This document shows, one piece after another, positions 9,701 through 19,576 of a stretch of DNA of 50,839 bases (the first letter of the stretch is position 1; the number at the start of each line of letters is the position of its first letter). Source of the stretch: an uncultured virus (IMG/VR IMGVR_UViG_3300044796_000596) (lineage: Duplodnaviria; Heunggongvirae; Uroviricota; Caudoviricetes). The notes beneath the pieces are model-generated. The model had not been told where the DNA came from. It did no database searches and was given only the letters and a program-made list of their open reading frames with translations. The stretch lies in IMG/VR virus record IMGVR_UViG_3300044796_000596; one strand, 5' to 3'. Made by a program: the position numbers and the translations under genes.

Positions 9701-12700
9701 TACCGCGGGTTGCTCAAGAACGCGGGGGATCTCCAGCGTTCGGACCGCTCGGCGACGTTCGCGCAGGTCCTGAACGCTGCGCGCACGGCGTACAAGACGA
9801 ACAATTTCGATCCGACGCAGATCGTCGCGAACCCGTTCGTGCTCTTCTCGGAGGGCATGGGGCCTCACTGGCTCCCCGTGCTCGACGCGATGAAGACGGG
9901 CGGTGACGCGCTCGCCGTCTTCAAGGCGCACGACAAGAAGGCAGGTGCCGAGCGCCAGGATCTCGCGGTGACGCGCATGGGTCAGCTTCTTCAAGGGCGC
10001 GGCCTCAACGCGGCTCCCGCACCTTCGCTCGCGCCTTCGCCCGCGCCCGCACCGGCTCCGAGCCCTGGCGTGACGCCGAAGACTGCGACGACGTACGTTG
10101 TGGTCGCTGGCGACAGCATGTCGAGGATCGCGCAGAAGTTCGGCGGGCTCAAGGGCCGGTCGATGGGCACGGCGCTCGCCGACCTCAAGGCCGCGAACCC
10201 GAACGCGCCGATCGATCGGCGCGACACGATCCCCGGACCCGTCGTGGTCGAGGGTGGGAAGGAGACGTCGACGCCGGTGGCCAACCCCAACGTGGGGCTC
10301 TTGATGCTCAACGCTGGCGATCGGATCAACCTCCCGCTGTCGTGGAGCGCGGATCCTGGAGTTCCTGGAGCGTCGGACGAGGAGGCCGGTGGGCCGGGGG
10401 ATCGCGGCCGCTGGCGCGCGATCCTCGTCGACACGCATCTCTTCCCGAGTCCCGAGACGGGGTTCGCTCCCCTCGGTCGCCTGACGGCCGGCAACGTCGT
10501 GCGCGTCCTCGAGTCGACCGAGATGCCGAGCCTTGGCGGCGGCCTTCGCCGCTGGTGCAAGGTCCACCTCCCGGCGACGGCCGTCTCGGGCGCCATGACG
10601 GGCTGGGTCTGGAGCGACGTGCTCTCCACGAACGGCGTCAGCAGCGAGGCGGGGGAAGCGGGGGACATCTTCGGTGACCTGATCGGCATGGCCGGCGGCC
10701 TGCTCGGCAACGGCAGCATCCAGGGAATCGTCCGGTCGGCCGTGCAGAATCCTGCCGTCGTCCGGTCGGTGCTCGATGCGGTGGCGTCGGATCCGCAGAC
10801 CGTGCGGGCGATCGTCGGAGCAGCGGCAGAGGACCCGAGGGCCGTGCAGACGATCGTTCGGGTGGCTGCGCAGAACCAGAACGCGGTCGACGCCGTGGTC
10901 TCGGATCCGGAGACCGTGAAGGCGATCGTCCACGCGGCGGCGCACAACCCGAAGGCCATCCGTGCGGTCCTTCACGCGGCGGTGCAGGACCCGAGCGCCA
11001 TCCAGGCGATCGTCCAGGCGACGAGCTCGGACCCGGGGATGGTGAGGGATCTCCTTCGAGCTGCGGTGCAGAACCCGAACGCCATCCAGGCGGTCGTGAA
11101 TGCGGCGATCTCCAACCCGGAGATCGTGAAGGCGCTGATCGGCGCGGCGATGAAGAACCCGGCGCTCGTGCAGGCGGTCATGCAGAGCGCGGGCTCCGTG
11201 GTCGCAGCGCTTCTCGGGCAGTCCAGGCCGGGCGGCCCCGACACGGGCTTCGCGGGCAACAAGGTGGACAACCGCGCGCCGCTCGGGCTCCGTCTCGACG
11301 CGGGCTTCGCGGGCAGCGTGGATTCGGGAGAGCTCCCCGGCGACAAGGCGGCGCAGCGGCGTCAGCTCGATCAGGTGCTGAACGCAGCCATCGCGATCGC
11401 GCAGGCGAAGGATCCGGAGACGTCGTTCCTGAACCCGCAGGTGATCGCGGCGCGCAAGGCGCTCGAAGCCTTCGATCGCCAGAACCCCGATACGGGCTTC
11501 GCGCCCGCGGGCGAGAGCGGCGATGCGATCGCGACCACGATGGACGTGCGTCCGGAGCCGATGTTCCACCTGAGCTTTCCGCCGATGACGCTGCAGGCGC
11601 TCGCGCAGATGGTGAAGATCGTCCCCTCGCTCCGTGGGGATCCCGAGGGCATCGTCGCGGAGATGGCGGGCCTCCGCGGCCAGGCGTCCGACGTCGAGGG
11701 TGTGGACGCCACGACGGGCGAGTACGTCTGCGAGCCGGGCGAGACCTTCGAGGACATCGCCGAGAAGCTCGTTGGCGATCGGAAGCGCGCTCGGGAACTC
11801 CGCGCCGCGAACCCGAAGCACGACCCGGCGAACGCGCGCCTGCGCCTGCCGCCGACGTGGTTCCAGTTCGTGCACTACGCGGCCCCCGCTGCGCTGGCGG
11901 CTCCCGAGAAGGTGGAAGAGGTCGAGGTCGATTCCGGCAGGTCGGACCCGGGCATGTACGACTCGCTTCCCCGCGACCTGGATCAACGCCGCGCCTTCCT
12001 CTGGGGCTACGGGCGCGACGTGCTTCCGATGAGCCAGCCGGTCGACTGGAACGGCGACCGTCCCCTCGTGGACGCGGGCGATGCTGCCGTGAAAAAATGC
12101 GGCGACATCCACATCACGGTCAAGGATTCCAGGGGCAATCCGGTGCAAGGCGCGTTTGCGTTCGCCGCCGCGCTCTACAATCCGGACGTTCCTGTCGCCA
12201 TGTTCAAGAAGGATCGCACTCTTGGCCAGACCAACGCCAAGGGCGAGATGATCCTGACGGTGACCGAACCCGACGTTCGCGTCGTCGTGTATAAGCAAGG
12301 GTTTCGGCCCGACTGGACTGACCTCACGGGTCCCACGGCCGTGGCTCTCGTCCGCGGTTTCGAGTTCCCCCTCCCCGTTACGTTGCTCGAGGAGCGCCAG
12401 GTGGACGCGGGCGATGCTGCCGTGGAAAAAGGCGGCGACATCCACATCACGGTCAAGGATTCCAGGGGCAATCCGGTGCAAGGCGCGTTTGCGTTCGCCG
12501 CCTCGCTCGACAAGCCGGACGCTCCTGTCGCCACGTTCAAGAAGGATTACACTCTTGGCCAGACCAACGCCAAGGGCGAGATGATCCTGACGGTGACCGA
12601 ACCCAACGTTCGCGTCGTCGTGTATAAGCAAGGGTTTCAGCCCGACAGGACTGACTTCACGGGTCCCACGGCCGTGAATCTCGCTCGCGGTTTCGAGTTC

Positions 12701-15700
12701 CCCCTCCCCGTTACGTTGCTCGAGGAGCGCCAGGTGGGCGCACGCGACCCCGCGGAGGGGCCTCCGGACGAGTCCGGGGACACGGGCGGCTTCGGCGACG
12801 TGCTCGCGGCGATCTTCACGGGCGGCCTCTCGACGATCCCGAAGATCGCCAGGATGGCCGCTCCGCAGCAGGCCCTCGAGTGGCGCCAGAACTACGGCGA
12901 GCGGTTCTGGATGCACCCCGAGTGGCGGAACCGCTGGCGCGGCCGCTACGGCGCAGAGTTCTCCAGGCACCCCGAGGTGCGGCGTCACTGGTTCGACGCG
13001 CGTGGCGTGGACGCTGGCGAGCCCGGTGCAGCGGGCATGGGCGCGGACACGAGCGGATTCGGCGACGTGCTCGCGGCGATCTTCACGGGCGGGCTCTCGA
13101 CGATCCCGGCCATCGCGCGCGCGGCGGCACCGCAGCAGGCGCTGGAGTGGCGTCACCGCTACGGCAACGACTTCTGGCATCACCCGGAGTGGCGCCAAAA
13201 CTGGCGCGCCCGCTACAACGGCCAGGACTTCTGGCACCACCCCGAGTGGCGCCGGTTCGATCGCGGCCGCATGGGCGGCGGCCGACGCTTCGAGGCTCGA
13301 CGCTTCGAGGCTCGCGGCGTCGACGCCGGGGGTCCGTCCGGGCTCAACCCGCAGACCGGCGCCGTGCTCAAGGCGCTCCGCGACGGCGCGCGCCTCGAGA
13401 TCCGCGGCGGCGCGAATGGCGGCGATGCGGCGCACGCGGTCGTCACGCACGGTCGGCGCACGTGGACCGTGCGGCCGGACGGCTCGGGCCGGATGGACCG
13501 GGACGGCCAGGTGAACGCCGAGTTCGCGCGCGGGACCTTCCGTCACGATCTCATCTCCGCGCAGGACACGGGCGGCGGCGAGAGCTTCTCGATTCTCGTC
13601 ACGGATTCGAACGGCACGCCCATCCCGGGCGCGCGCGTCGTGATGCAGAAGCAGGGCAGCGATCCCACGCCCCTCGGCCACGTCACGGGCGGCGACGGCC
13701 GGATGAGCCTCAGCGGGTTCGGGACGGGGGAATTCCTGGTCAACGTCTTCGCTCCTGGGTTCGCGGCGCCTCGTCAGGTGATCGTCGTCCGCGCGGACGA
13801 TCCGTCGCCGCGCACGGTCGTGATCACCATGCAACCGAGCATGCAACCGAGCACCACGGACGCAGGCGAGGCGGGCTACGGCGGCATCGGGGGTGGCGGG
13901 ACCACGGTCACGTTCCCCGTGCGAACGCGGCGCTTCTTGGGCTACGGCGCGCCGTGGGGCCATGAGGGCCTCCGGGGTCGCGCGGGTCGTCTCGCGCACC
14001 GCGGTCACGGCGGCCACGATGGCCTCGTGGGTCGCGAGCACCACTGGGGTCGTCGGCACTTCGGCGCCGAGGACACGGGCAGCGCTGGAAGCGCTGGAAG
14101 TGCTGGAAGCCGCGACACGGGGGCCCCCGAGGCGCTCGCGAAGGAGGTGCTCGTCCTCCTGGATTTCTACGGCTTCCCGACCGTCAAGGCGTACCAGGTC
14201 AAGCTCAACGAGCTCGCCAAGCAAGCCGGACGGGCTCCGGTCGTGCCGGAGGATGGCACGCTCGACGATGCCACGATGATGGCGATCTGGCAGAGCCTCA
14301 AGGGCGCAGCGGCAAAGCCGGATGTCGATCCGAAGGTGCTCGACATGATGGGTCGCGTCGAGGCGCTCGGGCGCGAGGTGGAGCTTCTCCAGGCTCACGA
14401 CCCGGGTGCCGAGGCGCGTGCCGAGGCGGGCGCGCGCGACGTGCTGAAGCAGCTCGGCTTCCCCAGCGTGCTGGACTTCCAGGTCAAGATCAACGAGGGC
14501 GCCAAGCAGGCCGGGAAGCCTCCCGTGCTGGTCGAGAACGACAAGCTCGACGATGCGACGTGCGAGCTGATCTGGACGCACATCAAGACGGCCGCCGCAG
14601 GGGCCAACGTCGATCCGAAGGAGCTTGAACTCATGGATCGACTCGAGGCGGTCGTGCGCGGGATGGCGGCGAGCCAGCGTCCGAACGCGGACGCCGGTGC
14701 TCCGCATGGCGCGGGCGGCGGCGGTCGTCCAGGTGGCGGTCGCCCTGCAGGCGGCGGCGGTCGTTCAGGCGGCGGTCGCGGCTTCGTCGGGATGCACGGC
14801 TCGGGTCGTGACTGGGACCGCTGGCGCACGCCGGGCGGATGGGTCGCGTACGGCGACCTCGGCTTCGACGGCTGGGCTCCGGACGACGTGGACTTCGACG
14901 ATGGCGACACGGGCTTCGCCGATGCGGGCTTCGTCGATGCGGGCTTCGTGGGCGGGCGCGGCGCAGTCGGCGGCGAGCGCGGCCTCACGGGCGTTCGGGC
15001 GGCCATGCAGCCGGCACTCGCTCTCGGTCGTGCCGGTCGCGCCATCGAACGCGGCCGCGACGAACGCGGTCTTGCCGAGCGTGGTCTTGCCGAGCGTGGC
15101 CTTCCCGATCACCTCCGCCCGTTCGGACAAGATCCGTTCGGTCGGCGCGAGGAAATCGGTCGCGAGCGCGGCGAGCGCTTCGGCGAGCGCTTCGGCGGCG
15201 GCGAGCGGTTCGGTCGCGAGCGGTTCGGTCGCGAGCGGTTCGGTGCGCCGATCGGGCGCGAGCCGCTCTTCCGCGGTCCGGCGGTGGGTCGCGGTCGCGG
15301 TCGTCGTACGGGCACGCTGAACACCAACTCGGCGATCTTCCCGCTCGACCCGAACGTTGCCGCGCCGGGCGCCGGTGGCAACCAGGAGCAGAACACGCTC
15401 CAGATGGGCGCGACGGTCGAGATCCTCCGCGGCCCTGTCCGTGGCCCGGATGGACACCGCTGGGTCGAGGTGCGCGTCATCAACGGCGGCACCGTGGGAT
15501 CGGGCATGGGCGTCGCGAACGCCATCCTGGGTGGCACCGCGCCCGCAGCCGGCCTCACGGGCTGGATGTGGCAGGACTACATCAACGTGCGCGGCGGCGA
15601 GGCCGGCGAGGCCGGCGACGTGGACGCGGGCGCCATGCGCGGCGGGCGCGGCGGACGCGGCGGCCGCAGCGGCGGGCGCGACGGGCGCAGCGACGGGCGC

Positions 15701-18700
15701 AGCGACGGGCGCGACGGGCGCGACGAGCGCGACGAACCCCAAGGTGATCCCGGCGACGGTGAGGGCGGGCGCGAGCGTGGCTCGGGCTGGCACCGTCCGG
15801 AGCACGGTGGGCACGGCGAAGCGTGGAGGCACCACGGGCGTCGTGACGACCGCTGGCGTGGTCGCGAGGGCGGGCATGGCCCGGGCGCGCTCCTGCAGGC
15901 ATCGCACGTCCACGACCGTCCGAACGAGGACACGGCTTCGCTCGGCGTGCTGCCGGCACAGACGCGCGTCCGGATCGTCGAGAAGGGAGACGGCTGGGCC
16001 CACGTGATGCCGACGGGCGGCGGCCCTGCGGGCTGGGTCCCGATGCGGAAGCTCGCCGAGGGCCTGGACGGCGTGGACACGCTGTGCGCGTTCGGGAGGA
16101 GCACGCGCGCGGCGCTCGATTGCCTGTCGGCCAACCCCGACGATCGCGCGGCGTGCGAGTGCGCGCTCCTCGAGCTTTGCAGGAATCCTTGGGTCCTCCG
16201 CCGCCTGCTCGACGGCGAAACGATCCGCGGGATCACGATCGACGATCTGCGCAACGCGGCCGACGTGGCCAGCGACGACGACAGCGACGACGACGACGAC
16301 AGCGACGACGACACGGATGCGGGCGCCGCCAAGAAGGGCAGCAAGAAGAAGTCGAAGAAGAGCAAGAAGCACGGCAAGGGCAAGAAGCACGGCAAGGGCA
16401 AGAAGAGCCAAGGCCAAGGCCAGGGCGGCGGCGGCGGCGGCGGCGGCGGCGACGATGGCGGCGGCGGCGGCGGCGGCGGAGACATCTCGAGCAGCACGAC
16501 GATCAACGAGGCCAACGAGGACGACGAGGACGACGACGCGGACACGACCACCGTGACGAAGACCACGAAGAAGAAGGGCGGCGACACGGGCGACGTGGGC
16601 GACGTGGGCGACGTGGGCGACGTGGGCAAGAACCGCACGTACACCGCGGGCGGCGGCGAGTCGGGGATCGACCTCGCGAAGCGCTTTGGCGCGATCCGGC
16701 GGGCACGCTGGGCGGGCGAGCTGCGTGACGCGAACCCGAAGAAGAAGAACCTCGCGGTCTTCATGACCAACGAGAAGATCAACATCCCCGACGAGTGGCG
16801 TGGGACCGACGCGGGCGCTCCGAAGGATCCGAAGGACGCTTCGAAGGACGACCCGTACGCGGACATCCCGACCCTCCCCGCGGTCTCGCGTGCGAAGGCG
16901 AATCGCCCGTTCGTGCAGCACGCGCGCGCGCTCGATCCTCTGCGTATTCAGGGGGCCGACTCGACGCTCGGCGGCGGCGCGCCGTTCGATCCGGAGGACA
17001 TCATCGCGGCGCCCGCGCCGGACGAGAGCCTCTGGTCGCGCTTCAAGCGTGCGGTCGGGGTCGACTCGGGCGCGCCGCAGCGCACCTACGTGGCTTCCTC
17101 CGGCGACACGCCGATCCTGATCGCGACGAAGTACGACGCGACCGCGCGACCGCGCTGGCAGGCCGAGCTCGCTCAGGCGAACCCGACCCTGGCGTGGACG
17201 CACTTCTACGGCTCCGAGGTCGTCAACATCCCGGCCGAGTGGGCGCAGCCTTGGTGGAAGGACACGATGGGCGTGGGCGGCGGGGGCGACGCGGCGTTGC
17301 CCCCCTTCGTGTACGCGGGAGCGGCGGCCGCAACCGCGTTGGTCCTCTCCCAGATGAAGCGCGCTTGGGACGTCAACGCGTCCTTCGACAAGACGAAGGC
17401 AGACGCAGCCGTCGCGCAGATGGCCAAGTTCTGGGGCAGGCTCGAAAGAAAGATGGGTGAAGAACCGGGTCTCGCGCGCGCGCTCGCGCCGCAGCACGAT
17501 GCGTGGATCGTTTTCTCGCAAAAGTGGGCCGATGGCCTTATCACCGTTCCCGGCGCCGGTGCATGGGCACTCCAGGCGCTCAACGCAGCCCTGGTTGACC
17601 TGCAGATCGCTCTCGCGAATGCGGGGTACGACGACCACGTTGGTGAGTTCAACGCCTTCAAGCAGGCGGGTAGCGACGACACGGGCTTCGCTGGCGACGA
17701 CACGGGCGCGCCGACGCGCCGGTACTACGTGCTCACGGCGGCGGACATCGCCGATCCGGCGGGTGCGGCGGCGCGCGCGGGCGTGAGCCCGATCCTGGGT
17801 GCCATCGACATGCAGGCCGTGAATCCCGGCATGTCGCCCGCGACGGCGCAGCCCGGGACCAAGATCAACATCCCGGACTCGTGGCCGGATCGACCCGAGT
17901 ACAAGCTCTGGCCGACCGACACGGGGTCGACGCCCGAGGCGCCGAAGGAGAGTAAGAAGGAGAAGCCGGCTCCGGCTCCCGCGCTCAACAACAGCGACAA
18001 GCCCTTCGCGAAGCCTGCTCCCCCGGGGTCGGCGGAGTTCAAGCTCCGTGGCAAATTCGACGCGAAGCCCGATCCGAAGGCTTCGACGCCCGCACCCGGC
18101 CAGGCGCCGGCGAGCGATGATCTCCTCGGCGCCCGCAAGGCGCCGAAGGCGGGTGCCGCTCCTTCGACGCCTGCGGCTCCGGCTGCGGACGAGAAGCCCA
18201 AGTCGGGCGCAGCGGGCGCAGCAGCGGGCGGAGCGTCCGCAGCGGCGGGCGCGACGAAGCGCGGGGGCGGCGCCACGCCCTCTCCGATCCCGGGTGGCGA
18301 GGGCGCGCGCCGTCAGGACATCACGAAGAAGACCTACGTGATCAAGGACGGCGACTCCCCGTCGCGCATCGCGCAGCGCGCGGGCGTCTCCATGACGACC
18401 TACTGGAAGGAACTCCGCGAGGCGAACCCGCACAAGACCCCCGCAAGCGGCGGTGGCTTCGAGAGCTTCCACGTCGGCGAGCGCATCAACATCCCGGACG
18501 CGTGGGCTCCGAGCCCCATGTTCGTGAGCCGACCGATCGTGCCGCCCTCCGCGATCCCGACTCCGGAGCTTCGCTTCCCCGCGCCGCCCGCGCCGCCTGC
18601 CGCTCTGCGGACGTACGTCCTCACGGCGGCCGATCTTCTGGATCCGATGGCCGCCGCACGCCGCTTCGGTCTCGATCCGATGGATCTCAGCCTGCAGCAG

Positions 18701-19576
18701 GCGCTTCTGGCTGCGAATCCGGGGCGCTCTCCCATGAGCCTCCGCGCGGGGGACGTCATCAACATTCCCGCGAGCTGGCCGCGCCACGCGAGCTTCCGCG
18801 AGCGACCGGGCGAGCGACCGGGCGAGCGACCGAGCGAGCGACCGAGCGAGCGCGAGCGCGCACGGGATCTTCCTGTCGTGCAGGTGGATCGCCCGCAGCG
18901 TGGCCCGATGGTCTCCGTCTCGGGGACGATCGATCCGGGCTCGGTCAAGCGCGTCCAGATGGACCTCGCCGTCTGGGGGCGTACGAACCCGGGCGCGATT
19001 CGGCCGCGGAACTACGGCACGCAGTCCCCGACGTCGCCCGATCTCACGGGCGCCATGAACCCCCAGACGCAGGAGGCGCTGGTGTCCTTCGGCCGCTGGC
19101 TGAACGCTTCGGCCTTCGGCAGCAAGCTCCGGGCGCAGGGCATCCCGAAGGTCCGTCCGGACGGCCTCATCGATCCGCTGCTCGTCAACCTGCTCGATTT
19201 CTACGCGCAGGCCCTGCTCAACACGCGTCGCGCGCCGACCGATGCCGACATCACGGCGTGGGTGCAGACGCAGCCTCCCGCGCGGCGCCAGCGCCGTCCG
19301 TTCGACGAGGCGCCTCACGACAGCCTCCCGCCGCACCGGCCGGGTCATGGTCGGTCCGAGCGGTCCGAGCGGCTCCCGCAGGATCAGGATCAGGATCAGA
19401 CCTCGCCGAGAGGGGACTTCCCCGACATGCGTCGCCCGCCCCCGAAGGCCCCCACGACGCCGACGCCCCCGGCTCCGCCTCCGAAGGACCCGCCCGCGCC
19501 CGAAGAGAAGAAGGACGACTCTTCGATCCCGCTCCTCGTCACCGGCCTCGCCTTGGCCGTCGGGATGTTCATGTGA
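6788..19576 (+). CDS. Giant (~4262 aa) modular cell-envelope-binding protein / putative polyprotein
   Basis: 7 LysM-like modules (Y....GD...ANP...INIP..W) at ~10087, 11719, 16634, 17080, 17717, 18329, 18608. 3 SH3b-like modules at ~10430, 15310, 15900. 3 carboxypeptidase-regulatory-like sandwiches (V.DS.G.P..GA). PG-binding-like modules at ~14130-14670 and 18940-19200. C-terminal hydrophobic anchor; no signal peptide seen. Confidence 0.85.
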   Translation: MAKIQNPALLLDEQPLAGLAGDTAAPAAQARGAHGSGGVPPENAPLGLGASGAVGATGVGASGASGASGAGARAAPIGIGNASSRPEKPADPGTARGNGKSGARSPTPGGSPPRTYAAQEPRSPAPGVPVGVRPASAAVAALVHGVTDHMSREGEDGRLRDTWRGDPHRYAGDMMLHAHDRARYEKLKERNMLPSQRWGMLQERGQLEERLRGIHERDGDRLMDRHWRRPLGERVVLGLGAVTDHEQEIERAMDGIRHRPWYPARTGFRQLVAGMRAPQIARVASAFREGPEHAVDVYRSVWAERQGERRAARRGWFGQLQRAWSTQSPEILVVFERLTRGWSPTQRDMLRRAFQENARTAEVYAEIEAENEGAQAAAAQAASARYVTEWDTLREPSYQTPLQEPGVLPTAPGAGVSPAASAASNAPPWEELDMGPLNLGAPEDQRSSDEDDEHSDEDADAGDAAPDAQATQATATQAQATQATLNGKPINGKSINGKSINGKSIGLPPPPMGLPPVNAATAPSNAAPAPSSAAPVAVPASNAPLGLGAKAPVQASVKASVQAPVTPAKPAAKLPSAVPAPAVAPGPVPAKVFAGPPKPGVKVAGDGHPHFDGLSRGLGKDRFRALGERWGQRPWELYRDLMKSSLDEVQSDREGEFISIARGIGCDPMGACVVDGNVCDMFNALLVDYTPEQRYRVCAALSNGTEAPLAVFRACEAENANEHMQWSEPAFQAYEGERGRVGGMNPVHFWRAAHAIRPSDDTNEFSDLGQTLHAIAGGGPGPSAPPPAAPPAAPYVGQALQHLRGAQEPQGPQHGPQQGPQGPQQGPEADAEAAAPRSAAPPADPIAQVAQAAMGTLKWATPWDVAYNKDALAVLQNLRQVIAPWGAYVAPDFAARLVGGLASFGLADLARRAPQDLLKLLLRDPPSADMNPELAWPALTTGQGFSGAAEKTLSDAIQSAPPGTAAPILALYRGLLKNAGDLQRSDRSATFAQVLNAARTAYKTNNFDPTQIVANPFVLFSEGMGPHWLPVLDAMKTGGDALAVFKAHDKKAGAERQDLAVTRMGQLLQGRGLNAAPAPSLAPSPAPAPAPSPGVTPKTATTYVVVAGDSMSRIAQKFGGLKGRSMGTALADLKAANPNAPIDRRDTIPGPVVVEGGKETSTPVANPNVGLLMLNAGDRINLPLSWSADPGVPGASDEEAGGPGDRGRWRAILVDTHLFPSPETGFAPLGRLTAGNVVRVLESTEMPSLGGGLRRWCKVHLPATAVSGAMTGWVWSDVLSTNGVSSEAGEAGDIFGDLIGMAGGLLGNGSIQGIVRSAVQNPAVVRSVLDAVASDPQTVRAIVGAAAEDPRAVQTIVRVAAQNQNAVDAVVSDPETVKAIVHAAAHNPKAIRAVLHAAVQDPSAIQAIVQATSSDPGMVRDLLRAAVQNPNAIQAVVNAAISNPEIVKALIGAAMKNPALVQAVMQSAGSVVAALLGQSRPGGPDTGFAGNKVDNRAPLGLRLDAGFAGSVDSGELPGDKAAQRRQLDQVLNAAIAIAQAKDPETSFLNPQVIAARKALEAFDRQNPDTGFAPAGESGDAIATTMDVRPEPMFHLSFPPMTLQALAQMVKIVPSLRGDPEGIVAEMAGLRGQASDVEGVDATTGEYVCEPGETFEDIAEKLVGDRKRARELRAANPKHDPANARLRLPPTWFQFVHYAAPAALAAPEKVEEVEVDSGRSDPGMYDSLPRDLDQRRAFLWGYGRDVLPMSQPVDWNGDRPLVDAGDAAVKKCGDIHITVKDSRGNPVQGAFAFAAALYNPDVPVAMFKKDRTLGQTNAKGEMILTVTEPDVRVVVYKQGFRPDWTDLTGPTAVALVRGFEFPLPVTLLEERQVDAGDAAVEKGGDIHITVKDSRGNPVQGAFAFAASLDKPDAPVATFKKDYTLGQTNAKGEMILTVTEPNVRVVVYKQGFQPDRTDFTGPTAVNLARGFEFPLPVTLLEERQVGARDPAEGPPDESGDTGGFGDVLAAIFTGGLSTIPKIARMAAPQQALEWRQNYGERFWMHPEWRNRWRGRYGAEFSRHPEVRRHWFDARGVDAGEPGAAGMGADTSGFGDVLAAIFTGGLSTIPAIARAAAPQQALEWRHRYGNDFWHHPEWRQNWRARYNGQDFWHHPEWRRFDRGRMGGGRRFEARRFEARGVDAGGPSGLNPQTGAVLKALRDGARLEIRGGANGGDAAHAVVTHGRRTWTVRPDGSGRMDRDGQVNAEFARGTFRHDLISAQDTGGGESFSILVTDSNGTPIPGARVVMQKQGSDPTPLGHVTGGDGRMSLSGFGTGEFLVNVFAPGFAAPRQVIVVRADDPSPRTVVITMQPSMQPSTTDAGEAGYGGIGGGGTTVTFPVRTRRFLGYGAPWGHEGLRGRAGRLAHRGHGGHDGLVGREHHWGRRHFGAEDTGSAGSAGSAGSRDTGAPEALAKEVLVLLDFYGFPTVKAYQVKLNELAKQAGRAPVVPEDGTLDDATMMAIWQSLKGAAAKPDVDPKVLDMMGRVEALGREVELLQAHDPGAEARAEAGARDVLKQLGFPSVLDFQVKINEGAKQAGKPPVLVENDKLDDATCELIWTHIKTAAAGANVDPKELELMDRLEAVVRGMAASQRPNADAGAPHGAGGGGRPGGGRPAGGGGRSGGGRGFVGMHGSGRDWDRWRTPGGWVAYGDLGFDGWAPDDVDFDDGDTGFADAGFVDAGFVGGRGAVGGERGLTGVRAAMQPALALGRAGRAIERGRDERGLAERGLAERGLPDHLRPFGQDPFGRREEIGRERGERFGERFGGGERFGRERFGRERFGAPIGREPLFRGPAVGRGRGRRTGTLNTNSAIFPLDPNVAAPGAGGNQEQNTLQMGATVEILRGPVRGPDGHRWVEVRVINGGTVGSGMGVANAILGGTAPAAGLTGWMWQDYINVRGGEAGEAGDVDAGAMRGGRGGRGGRSGGRDGRSDGRSDGRDGRDERDEPQGDPGDGEGGRERGSGWHRPEHGGHGEAWRHHGRRDDRWRGREGGHGPGALLQASHVHDRPNEDTASLGVLPAQTRVRIVEKGDGWAHVMPTGGGPAGWVPMRKLAEGLDGVDTLCAFGRSTRAALDCLSANPDDRAACECALLELCRNPWVLRRLLDGETIRGITIDDLRNAADVASDDDSDDDDDSDDDTDAGAAKKGSKKKSKKSKKHGKGKKHGKGKKSQGQGQGGGGGGGGGDDGGGGGGGGDISSSTTINEANEDDEDDDADTTTVTKTTKKKGGDTGDVGDVGDVGDVGKNRTYTAGGGESGIDLAKRFGAIRRARWAGELRDANPKKKNLAVFMTNEKINIPDEWRGTDAGAPKDPKDASKDDPYADIPTLPAVSRAKANRPFVQHARALDPLRIQGADSTLGGGAPFDPEDIIAAPAPDESLWSRFKRAVGVDSGAPQRTYVASSGDTPILIATKYDATARPRWQAELAQANPTLAWTHFYGSEVVNIPAEWAQPWWKDTMGVGGGGDAALPPFVYAGAAAATALVLSQMKRAWDVNASFDKTKADAAVAQMAKFWGRLERKMGEEPGLARALAPQHDAWIVFSQKWADGLITVPGAGAWALQALNAALVDLQIALANAGYDDHVGEFNAFKQAGSDDTGFAGDDTGAPTRRYYVLTAADIADPAGAAARAGVSPILGAIDMQAVNPGMSPATAQPGTKINIPDSWPDRPEYKLWPTDTGSTPEAPKESKKEKPAPAPALNNSDKPFAKPAPPGSAEFKLRGKFDAKPDPKASTPAPGQAPASDDLLGARKAPKAGAAPSTPAAPAADEKPKSGAAGAAAGGASAAAGATKRGGGATPSPIPGGEGARRQDITKKTYVIKDGDSPSRIAQRAGVSMTTYWKELREANPHKTPASGGGFESFHVGERINIPDAWAPSPMFVSRPIVPPSAIPTPELRFPAPPAPPAALRTYVLTAADLLDPMAAARRFGLDPMDLSLQQALLAANPGRSPMSLRAGDVINIPASWPRHASFRERPGERPGERPSERPSERERARDLPVVQVDRPQRGPMVSVSGTIDPGSVKRVQMDLAVWGRTNPGAIRPRNYGTQSPTSPDLTGAMNPQTQEALVSFGRWLNASAFGSKLRAQGIPKVRPDGLIDPLLVNLLDFYAQALLNTRRAPTDADITAWVQTQPPARRQRRPFDEAPHDSLPPHRPGHGRSERSERLPQDQDQDQTSPRGDFPDMRRPPPKAPTTPTPPAPPPKDPPAPEEKKDDSSIPLLVTGLALAVGMFM
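12068..12733 (+). repeat. 333-bp tandem duplication of a beta-sandwich module
   Basis: Copies 12068-12400 and 12401-12733 are near-identical and each begins VDAGDAA. Confidence 0.9.
12778..13330 (+). repeat. Duplicated module DT(G/S)GFGDVLAAIFTGGLSTIP...HPEWR
   Basis: Two diverged copies, starting at ~12778 and ~13046. Confidence 0.85.

Noticed and set aside
12068..12733. Duplications as a DGR template/variable repeat pair
   Set aside because: No reverse transcriptase in the window, the differences are not adenine-specific, and both copies are in-frame.
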